In this document: piece by piece, positions 50,901 through 62,900 of the stretch | Numbering within the stretch: position 1 is the stretch's first letter | Layout of the letters: each line of letters starts with the position of its first letter | Origin: Phoronis australis | Taxonomy: Eukaryota; Animalia; Phoronida | Length of the DNA: 64,000 nt | Reading direction: 5' to 3' | NCBI GenBank assembly: GCA_002633005.1 | Contig: NMRA01000960.1 | Coordinates: 24,231 to 88,230 of the forward strand | Notes under the pieces: generated by a model | The model's input: only the letters and a program-made list of their open reading frames with translations | The model's database searches: none | What the model was told of the DNA's origin: nothing | Made by a program: the position numbers and the translations under genes

Positions 50901-53900
50901 CAACGGAACGTGGAGTTATTTGGTAAGCCGGCATTCGTCAGGCACTGTCGACGTCTGCAGGCCACAGACACGGAGATGTTTCACGGCCTCATACTTGCTA
51001 TTTACAGCATACATTTCATTCCTCATTACCATGAGCCACTTCCTAAGCATTTCGGACTCTCGAGGAAGTAAAAAAAAAACGATATACCTGCTTTCCTCGC
51101 AGCTGCTTAGTTCGGACAAGCGGGAACGATGCACCGCAACATAGCGGCATTCACTCTGCATATGAACCACTGACGTCGCTAGCGTCGTTTCTCACCTTCC
51201 TCACAGGTTAACGCGACGCCTCTTGGCAAGGTAAGGTCGACCGTATGTTAGGCGATGTGGATATAGACCGATTAAAACGGCGAAAAAGACTAATTAAATC
51301 GGGTGGCATTCTCCTTTAATCCATGCAAGTCACCTGACAACGTCGACCATCTGACAGCTCTGCCAACCAATGTACCCCTTAGTTGCAATTCAGTTTTACG
51401 TTTGCCTCTTGTTGTATCTTCAGTTATTTGGCATGTTTTCATGAAATCTGGCAAATAAGTTTCTATTATAAAAACGACACCACTATTCCATTTTTGAGAC
51501 AGATTCAACGAATTCTGCGCCACTTAGTGGTCATCATTTTTAATTACATTCGAGTCGTGTGCCTCTGTATACGCCAAGCCGCTCCGAGGATCATTACGAA
51601 AATTGCCATTGCATGTAACCCTACTGACAAGACCGCAACTGGATTTTCACCTGAGTCTGTCAATGTCTTTTCTTCGGCTCTCGAGATTTCTCTCTCCTAA
51701 TTCCCCTAACAAAATTCTTTTGAAAATTTGGCGAGTGCATTCCAATTAACTTGACAATGGTCATTTGTTTTTTCCATCTTTTGAATTCAGTGACCGATTA
51801 CCATGAAACTTAGCCAAATGATTTTCTTTGCGGGGACGAATATTCCTTCCCATTTCAGACGGTTTTCTTCGTATTGTGTGCCATTTAACTGACAATGTGT
51901 GGCACCAATAAACGCCCTTAGAAACACACCCTTTGCGGTGTAATCGTGGGCGTATTTAAACGTTCTCTGTTGCGCTCGTATCGTTTTCCCATCCTTTGTT
52001 TGTTCCTACAAATAACCAACACTCACTGGCTTTAGAGTATCAAACGAGAAATATTTTCCTTTCAGACACCGACGGGTGGTGATAATATATATTGTCCAAC
52101 ATTGGTCGACAGCTTGTGTGAGTATTACAACTACAGCATCAAACTAAACCATCTTATAGCCGAAAACAAGCACAGAGGAAACCACAACAGAGACTACTAT
52201 TTCACGCTGACAGGCAGAAATAAGGCGCTACTCTCAAATGCACCATTAAATGTAAAGATACTGGTCGATACATCACCACCAACCACAGGGGTAGTTCGTG
52301 ATGGACCAGGCGGTTCCCATCACGATGTGCAACATCAAAGTACGCTGACTCTTTCCGGAAACTGGCATGGCTTCTTCGATCACGAAAGCGGCGTTCGCTT
52401 CTATCGCTTCGTTTTTGGAGAAAATTGTATGTCAAAGCAGAATGTAACTCTGTTTGGTAGAAGCACGACGGCGAATTTTGCAACGGATGTTGTAACAAAA
52501 GACGGGAAATATTACCTTAGCGTAGTGGCATACAATGGTGCCCATGAGCCCTCCGAAGCTGCTTGCTCCAATGGCGTAATCGTAGATAGAACAATTCCCA
52601 AGTTTAAAAACATCCAGTTTGACGGACTTCGTGTCCACGGAGGCATTACATGCTCCTTTGACCCTGAGCTGAAAGTGTGGCACGTTAACAGTTATTATAC
52701 CCGAGTCCAGCTCCACCCGACAGATGAATGTAAGTCGCTGTGTTCATCAACCCAAAGTGTGGATACTCTTCGTATACCAGAACTGAAACCTGCCAATAAC
52801 TCTGATGGAGCCATCAACGCAAGTGAAAGTGATGCTATTTGCAAAAAGGGGAATATTTTCAAGGAGTCTTTCCCTAAGTACATCACGACTGATCACGTAC
52901 GACTGCGTTGGGATTCTGTTAGCGGGTCTCCATTAGAAGACTACAAGATTGGATTTTCTAGAGCTGATCTAGAGACAACGCATGGTGCACCGTTTTACAG
53001 CAAAATCTATTCTGGCTTTGGACAAGGTGATTCGTTCTACCTCTGGATGCAAATTATCTCCAAATCTGGAACACAGTCGAAGATAACTCTGGGGCCAATA
53101 TTCGTCGATGAAACGCCACCACAATTTTCTGGAACTCTTAGTGTGAACATGGGAAGGAAGAAAGAGGACCCAATAACAATTTCTTGGTCAGCTGGTGCAA
53201 TTTATGACGAAGAATATTCCAACGGAATTGACAAATATCAATATGCCGTAGGTAAGTGACACATTACTCGAGTGTAACAACTCTTGAAAGACCCGGATGT
53301 TTCAACCAGTCTCTGTTACTTGTAACAAAGATGTCGCCTGTCATTTTCTGCTTTCCTGATTGCATGTTCTTGTTTTTTGAAGTAAATATCGCCATCTAGC
53401 GAATCTGTGCGATAACTGAAAAATATGTTACATCGTCATTTCCCTAAGTATGACGGTAGATGCCCTAACTGGGTTACCGTAAGTGAATCTCAAATTTCAT
53501 CATTGTAGCGAAAGTAATAGCTTGTAATTTGTAAGTAGATCTGTACGTGGTAAAGTGAAATAGAAATTATTGTCCATTAAATCTATATGCAACGCCATCT
53601 TTGAACGCTACTTGTTTGACTCATGAGATTCGATGGAACCATGCGTTTTGGTTCTTTAATGCTGAGAGGAAGTTCTCCTAGTTACACACCAGAATACCAA
53701 AGACTTCCGCTTGACCCAGGTAACGAGAACTTTAAAAACTTTTTCGAAATTGCTGAGGATTGGCAAGATAGTTCAAAACCTGTGTAAAGTAATACCATCA
53801 TTTAATTCCAGGTGACGAGTTCACCATCCATTCCGCTTCACCATTTCAAGCTTTTGTACCTCAAAGTTGTGATCGAGGTACACAGTGTCTGCATGTAGAG

Positions 53901-56900
53901 AAAGGTTCCATTCAAAAGCATGACGCTGGGTTTTGGGCGGAGCTACTCTATCAGCATCAAAGTGTTCAATCGCGCTGGCTTGAGTAGTGTGTTCACTACT
54001 TCCTTGTTTAATCTGACGTCAGGTATTCCACCGAGTGTGGGCGTGGTCTATGACGTTGATGGTGATTCCAATAACGGTTCTTTGGTTGACGATGATTTTA
54101 TGAAGCGAGACAAATTCTGTGTTCGGTGGTCCGGTTTCGGAAGTCAAGACGAGATCGAGTATGACGTTGGATTAGGTACTGCAAAAAATCTCACCGACGT
54201 TGTGAGCTACAAATCAGCTACTCAGCTAGCTGTTGTGGGTAAAGATTATGTTTGTCTCGCACTGCCTGACAGGAATCTATCAAGAGTGTTTTCCACAGTG
54301 AAAGCGTCAGTGAAGCATGATTCTTCGAGTTTTGTCGTTGCTTCCTCAGACGGTGCGTATATTTTGAGAAGGAACTTTCAAAAAGAGTCTTTGAAAATAT
54401 TTGATGGTTTGGGCTGTAAACACGTCAGAGAATACGAAGATGCACCCGGTTTTACATTAAATGGCTCAACTGGCTCAACGCACATTCTTCGTTTTAAACA
54501 AGTCAAATATCTATCACCATTGTACACTGTAAAACTATCAAGCTCTGAAGAACTGACTGGCGTGAAAATGACCCAGAAAGGAGCAGAACCCAGAAACGTG
54601 CAGAACGACTTTGACGGATCAAAGTATTTCGCTTACTATACGTTTGAGTGGCGGAATGACCCATTCACATTTGATGTAGTTATGACTCAAGGGTCATTGC
54701 TTGTAATAACAACGGCTAGTCTGACGAAATGTAGCATTGACAATGATTATCAATCTGCATCTAACTTTCTGTCCGGTTACTGGCGGTACTCTTCACCAAT
54801 GAAAGGTTACGTTACTCACTACGAGTGTTCTGTTGCCGAAGATGTTTGCTCTTTGTCCGGCTGCACAATTAACGGCATTTTGGTACAGCAGGCAACCGCC
54901 ATGGACTTTTGTCAGTTTTCGAACATGACGCTCATTTCCGGAAATAGGTATAGGATACTAGTTCGGCCATGTTTTCAGCACCATTGTCTGGAAGAATCGT
55001 CTTCTGACGGCGTCATTGTGGCACCTGCCTCCCCGACAAAGAATGACATTTCTGCTGAAGTAGAATTCACTGGAAGCTCAGGAATGTATTCAATTGAAGT
55101 AGTGGTTAATTGGCAAAAGTTTCACGTGAAAAATGGCAACTTGCAACAGGACGTTGATCTTTATGAATGGACTCTTTCGCGAAGCCACTTAGGGAAAGAT
55201 CCCGGATTGGTTTGGAGAGGGGCGTACAACAAAACACATGTAAGTACACCCGGTGAATAGTGTCCGTGAGAACGCATTCTCAGAATAGAGTTTGATCGTT
55301 ACTTTCACTTTGGTCTGATAACTCTAAGCCTTACTCCCTCACACCAGACCGACACATTCTTAACAAGTACCGTGTTTTCCAAAAAGAGTCGCTTCGGGGC
55401 TCTTTCGGAGATACCTATTTTCTAGAAATGATTTTGCATACACACAAAACCCCTAGGGAGCTCTTTTGGAAAAAAGTAGAAAGACTCATTTGGAAACTAC
55501 GTACTACAGGGTCTCCATTCAGCAGCGAGTCTTAAAAGTTCTGCAGAGGTACTTGAAATTAGAAAATTCATGATGGTGGCGTCGGAGGCTGTGATTGATT
55601 TATTTCTACCTAGACTTTAACTTTGTTTGCCTTATAATTACCGTGGATACTATAGCAAAACAAACATTGTTTTGAAACCCAGCATCTATTAAAAAATTCT
55701 CCTTAATATGTACTGTTGGACATTGTGCCACTTTTTACGACAAAATGACTCAAATATATCTACGTTATGAAGCTCGTGTTCAAATAAAACCTCTTCACCG
55801 CGAAATCTTCTCGGTCTCCTGCTGAGTGACAACTGAATACCTCCAGTGGCTAGTTTGCCATGTTAGTTACCTGCACTGTCTAGTAGAGTAGAATCATCAC
55901 TGGTCATGGATTTCAAACACCAGCCAGGATTCACATTATTGACCAATTTACTGTTGTATGAATCGTCCGGCGAAGCCTCTATTGACATGTCATTGGTCAA
56001 AATTAAAATACTTTAACGTTCATTTTAACTACCAAAATTAATAAAATAATGACACTCCCATACTTTGGCCTTGCCAGAAATGCAAAATGATCCCGAAAGA
56101 TACCCTTAGATATTTTTCATTCCTCGTATACGAAAGAGTTCCCATGTAGGCTTTGTTTTGGTGAGGGCTCTCTGAGAAATCCGCGGTAGGCAAAGTATTA
56201 TTGGTTGGAACGTATGAGATTGCAACTGTAGCTCTGTCCATTGGCCTCCTATACTCTATGTGTCAAAACGTAAGAGATTCACATCGGGAGTTTGTCTTAT
56301 TATATTTGTTGGTAGGATAAAGCAACGGTTGACTGGAAGAACCATCGTCTGCAGACGATGTACTTGTTAGTGAAAGGATATTCCCTTGCCAATGTGTACA
56401 CAACCGCCGTCAAGAATTTGACATCACCAGAGCAGATGACTACATTTGACACGGCAGTGTACGATTTAACCAAAGAAGACATGGATAGCTTCAGTCCTAT
56501 TTCACACACAAAGAACATACTTTCAAGTACGCTTTCTCGACTGCATATTGCTGAAGTGGACTTCACAAACATCAGCACTACAGCGTATGCTGTGCTTGCT
56601 GCTCCGTTGTACGATACGTACACGTGGACCCTAACCACAGTGAACAATCCCGAGTTAAATTGCTCCGTCAGCCCACATTGTGTTGCCGTGGTAACAAACT
56701 CTAAAAACAACGTGGAGTTTGGGAAATTGAATCTGATCAACGGAGTTGAATATTTTTCGTGTGTCCGAACAAAAAATCTGACGAGATCGGTTGGAAATCA
56801 ATTACAGCAACTTCCGGAGCTTAAGATGTGCAGTAATGGGTTTGTGATAGACACTACACCCCCGGTGGCCGGTGTTGTCAGTGTCGTGAACAGTGAAAAC

Positions 56901-59900
56901 CGGTTTGTGACCACCTACAATTATTTACATATTCGATGGACAGCGTTTGACGATCTACTTGGAACTGAAGAACACAGATCGTCTGGTATCATGTCATATT
57001 ATTATTCTGTGGGTAAGTATCCTCCAAGAGATTCTATTATCATGGAATTGTCATTTTGTCTTTGTGTGAAAATCACATGTGTGTAGTTTTCTCTTAAGCT
57101 GCAACCAACTCCCTCTCGTTCAAAAATCAAATTTCAATTTGTCGTGATCAAAATGGTCTCAACATGGTCCTTTGTCAGATTAGAGGTAATAGAGACTACT
57201 TGGAAAGAGATCAAAGTTCACTGCTTTGCCAGGTCTAAAAAGTTGAATTGCCACGGCAATTGACCTATCGCAAGCTCCGCCCCCTTGCGAAATGTCAATA
57301 AACAAACAATACGTTTTACCCGGTAACGTGTTGTTTTTTAGAGTAAAATGGCAGCTTGGAAACGAAGGTCTGTCAAGAGTGCTGCGTTATAATTGGTCAT
57401 TTAAATCGTCACTCAAAACCCTGGCGATTGGTCAATTCACGTTTTGTGCGTTGAGCGTAGTCTTAAGTAGAGATGAGCTGTCAGTTCTTATCCAGTACAG
57501 GAAACACTTCTCACTTGAACATGGAGGTACTTCATAACGCTAATTAAATAGTCTACTATATCAGTAGATAATATTATGAATGGCGGATTCATAGTCTTCT
57601 GAGGGAGGGACTTGAAAGACATACACCACGGATTGACAAAGAAATCCACTTACCTTCAAATTTCATGTCTGCAAGTGATATTACACGGGTCCCACCTAGC
57701 AACTGCTGAAACTCCTATGGACTCAGCCTCTCAGGTGAAAGTGAATACAAGTTATTTCGAATAAGCACATACCACATACTGACTGGTAAGCGGTATTCAA
57801 ATCAAGAGGTAATACTGTGCGATCATTTGAAATAAAGCAGTAGAGAAGCAACAACCTCAGCATTATTTATTGCTTAATTACAACCGTAACTGCACGTCTG
57901 TAATGTTTCAGGCACAGCGCCAGGATTTGACGATGTAGTTCCCAAAACTCCAACGGGGCTTCGCACGGAAGTAATTATTGAACACGTGAAGTTGCAAAAT
58001 GGCAAGGAGTACTTTGTGACAGTTTCTGGTAAGAACTATGAATCCTTGTCACAAACTCTTAACTAACAGCTCTTGCCCTCTCTTTAATCTAGACTTGCCG
58101 ATTTCCCGTTTCTATTAAATCAGTGAGTCTGTGATGAGTTTCTTGATTACTTTGAGGTGGTCACTAACTTTTTTGCAAATCCACACAAAAGGTATTCTCA
58201 TCAGAATGTCCTCGGTTTAATTTGCAAATTCCAAAAAAAATATTGTATTTGTTTAGCAAAGATAAGTTATCGGTGCATTTCGCTCTGTTTAGCTGGCTAA
58301 CAACCTAAAATAGACTTTCACTCTTACAAAATTGGTTTCGTAACACGTCCTGTAACAAGATTCAAGTACGTTACCAATTCAAGTCACAGGCAACGCGATC
58401 ACACCATTTTGGAAATGGCAATTTTAGTGTTGGACAATCCAATATACCCTGAAGCGCTTTCTTGAGTCACCGATGGTTTCGATTTTCATTTTGGTAACGA
58501 TAAGGAATGCTATGAGACCTATTTTATGACCGTAAAATGTCCAGTGCGAAATGTAATTTCAACATCATCTATCTTTTATGACCACTTGTTTATAGCTGAG
58601 GATCATGCAAGACACAGTACGTCCGCATCAGCCCCGCCATTTGTGGTCGACACCAGTCCTCCAGTAACGGGGAAACTGCTTGTTGGTTCAGCCTACGCAA
58701 ACTATCAGCATCTCGCAAATCACATGCTTCAATTTCACTGGTCAAACTTTGAGGACACGGAGAGCGGTGTGATAAAATATGAGTTCGCATTGGGTTCTGA
58801 GGCACATCACTCGGACGTTATACCATTTTCGTCTGTTTTGTTGAACTATATTGACATTGACGGCGGGTTGTTGATCGATGGACATACTTATTATCCTCAT
58901 ATCAAGGTACGTTTTATTTGTAAGGGTGGACCCATGATTATGAGAGGGTCGAAAAATGGATAGGTACCCGGCAAAGGGGGCACTTTACTGCCCTCCTCGA
59001 TTTTCCCCTAGCTTCTAAAACTATTTGCCAGCAGTAGAACATGAATTCACAGCGTCGTCACATTGTCTTTATTGAACGTAGATATGGTATTGATGTCTTT
59101 CTCTCGTACCACAATCATTAGATCCATTGGGTGTCAGTGTTCAGCAGTAAATATTTTGTTTATAGGTGACAAATGGTGCCGGGCTTGCAACTGTTCTAAT
59201 GAAGAAATTCGTGTACGACTCTTCCCCTCCGTCAGATGGTGTTGTACGTGACTGCGCCAATCTCACTTATTTGGCTGACATCGACTACCAGACAAGCACC
59301 ACGCGGCTGTGTGCGTCGTGGGACGGGTTCCATGACACGCATTCGGGGATTGCAGACTATCGTATTGGATTTCACAAAGAGGGCGGCGTTCCTAATCTAT
59401 CAAGCGTCGGTCGATTAACATGTGAGCATAACTTACGTGCTAATTCAAGGAATACATACATTTAGATAAAACGAAAATGTTGGACCGTGGACCTTTCCTC
59501 CGAGTACTCAGTTTACGCATGCATAAAACGACTGGTTGTGTGATATTCCTCTAATTAGTCGCCACGTTAATGATTCATGGCGCGCATTCATACATGTATG
59601 TCAGAGTTAAGAACACCTCTGTAGGTCTGATTTTTAACGTTTTCGTGATAAAAGAAGTAGATTCTACAAAAATTAGCTCATGTAAATTGTAACATTTTTC
59701 GTATGGATTTTTGCAATTCAAAATTGCTACAACTTTAGCATACATTTAAGGCACAGAAACGCCGAACATCGACTTTGCAGAGCACGTGAGGTAAAAAACA
59801 AACAATTTGGTTCATTACAAACAATTTGAAACACCATCTCCTCTACGCTAAGTAATATGGCTTGTACGACCAAACACATTTTTTAAATATGATATAGCTA

Positions 59901-62900
59901 GAGTTGTAAGACAATGTTATGGTTAGCTTGTATTTGCAAACATTCGTGTTCGATATGATCACCTAACTCANNNNNNNNNNNNNNNNNNNNNNNNNNNNNN
60001 NNNNNNNNNNNNNNNNNNNNNNNNNNNNNNNNNNNNNNNNNNNNNNNNNNNNNNNNNNNNNNNNNNNNNNNNNNNNNNNNNNNNNNNNNNNNNNNNNNNN
60101 NNNNNNNNNNNNNNNNNNNNNTCGGCGCCTGTAATTGTGGATAATTCGCATCCTTTGGTTAAGAAAACTCCAAAATTCTCAAGCAACCCTCTATTGTCTA
60201 GATTTGATGATAGCCAGTTTGAAACAAATGTGCTTGCGCTGGAATGGGAATTTGTAGACACGAATAGCTCTCTCGTGCGACACATTGTCAGCGTAAGGTC
60301 ACACTACGATGGTGACCATTCTGTTTACAAAGAACTTGTTAACGAGAAATCCCTTACAGTCACATTTCCACACGACAAAAGATTGACTGACGGGCACAGG
60401 TACTTTGCTTCATTAACTGCCTGTAATGAAGCAGGTCTGTGTACATCCGCCAACACTACTGATGGCCTGTTGGTAGACTCTAGCCCACCACACGTTGGAG
60501 AGTTCAAGACCTTAACATGGACTCAAGAAGGGGGCAAATTTAAGATAAATTTCCTACTGTCTGGTTTCGTGGATCCACATTCGGGGATTAAGAGTTTCCT
60601 AATCGGTGTTGGGTTCAATTATAGTTCACATGAGTTATCCGGTGGTTACGTGGCACTTGGCTACAGCAGTGTTCCTGGGACATTCGATCAACGTACTGAG
60701 CTTGTTTTGGACAATCCACCTAATATTGGAGGGGAAATTTTCGTCTCTGTAATTGCAGAAAATAACGTCGGTTTGCGCAGCCCTATTTTCAAAAAGTTCG
60801 CCAAGGTCGTCCAAACATCTAACGGTACAAATCCAGCGGCCGGCATACTGGTCATTGAAAGGCACTCTTGTCAAGTGCCATTTTGCAACAACGACTGTAC
60901 CTGTGCTCCAGTCGGAGGTGTTTGTGACGAACACTCCGTATCAGGATGTCGTGACATCCCTAAACCACCTTCCAATGTCAAAGTCAAATTTGGAGCAATA
61001 TCAGAAGTGAATCTGACATATAACCAAAAGTGCATAACTGCACACTGGACATCAAATCTTGAGCACAACATCGTGAGATATCAATACTCCGTAGGAGAGT
61101 CGGGTGCTGAGCCAGGTCACGGTATCTTTGATGGCGCCAACGAAGCAGTGTGGCACAACATTGACCTGTGGAGAAATATTACCCTTTGTCTTCCAAAGGA
61201 CAAGTTCTTCGCCTCTCACCAGAGTTACGTATTTTACATTCGCGCGTGGTTTTCATCACACAGTTATACCCAATTCTCGTCAAATATTTCGACAATTGAT
61301 GTAACTCCTCCAGTTCAAAGGAAGGGCCGACAAATCATAGACTGTCTGGACGCCGCCCAATGTGACTACGACATCGAATTCTCACCAAGCACAAGTCAGA
61401 TTGCGGCCAAATGGTACGGGGTTTTCAACGATGTCACTAGCGGAATCAAAGAATACGAGGTCATGGTGGGGGAGTTTCCTGGTGGTAAGATGCAGAAGTA
61501 TTTACTGTAATTTACTATTTTTGTAATCTACAATAGGCAGTAAAGATACAACAAACTACGTGTGCAAGTACTTCAGAAAATGTCTTAAAGTGCTTAAAAT
61601 CTCAAATTTTATATAAAAACACCAAAAAAGAACCTCACCATTTCATCAGTTCTCTAACTGGAACATCCGCAAACACTGCCTGACGATATATTAAGTATCT
61701 TATTTTGAGTTACGAGAACTTATTGGTCGAAATATAAAACGTAATATCAGAACAACCAATCACAGCACTAGTCATCCTCCGTTGTGTTCAGTGTGAAAAG
61801 TCGTCAGATGTTGCTGTTCGTTTTCCCGCGGTTCATAGTATAGCAAAGAATTGCAAGGCGTTGTGTTTGCGGTGGATGTGACAACTTAGTATTAGATCCC
61901 GCAGTCATGGCTATCTTCAATTTCCCGCGGGACATCGGAGAAGCGTGTTGGTGGACATGACACTTGGGCCTGGANGACATCGAATTCTCACCAAGCACAA
62001 GTCAGATTGCGGCCAAATGGTACGGGGTTTTCAACGATGTCACTAGTGGAATCAAAGAATACGAGGTCATGGTGGGGGAGTTTCCTGGTGGTAAGATGCA
62101 GAAGTATTTACTGTAATTTACTATTTTGTAAGCTGCAGTAGGTACTAAAGATACACCATACTACGTGTGCATGTACTTCAGAAAATGTCTTAAAGTGCTT
62201 AAAATCTCAAATTTTATATAAAAACACCAAAAAAGAACCTCACCATTTCATCAGTTCTCAAACTGGAACACCCGCAAACACTGCCTGACGATATATTAAG
62301 TATCTTATTTGAGTTACGAGAACTTATTGGTCGGAATATAAAACGTAATATCAGAACAACCAATCACAGCACTAGTCATCCTCCGTTGTGTTCAGTGTGA
62401 AAAGTCGTCAGATGTTGCTGTTCGTTTTCCCGCGGTTCATAGTATAGCAAAGAATTGCAAGGCGTTGTGTTTGCGGTGGATGTGACAACTTAGTATTAGA
62501 TCCCGCAGTCATGGCTATCTTCAATTTCCCGCGGGACATCGGAGAAGCGTGTTGGTGGACATGACACTTGGGCCTGGATACGTCCATGCGTCACAAGCAT
62601 GTCCGTGGATCTAAGAAACTTTCTACTGATGTCACTTTTTCTTACTTTCTCGTTTTTAGGATATTGAATTTACGATTGTGCCTTGCAGTGCTATAAAGAA
62701 AGGTTTAATGATGCTGAGAATATAGTCACTAGTCTAAACAAGATAAATGGTGATTTTAAGCACTTTTAAGTTTTTGCATTCAGTATTCAATGGTTTTGTG
62801 GGGTGTTTTGAAAATTAAAAATGATGTGACGATAAATACATGGAGTATGGTGAGAACTGTTAACAGATTCAGATTTATTAAACCTTGCCTATAAATTGAA

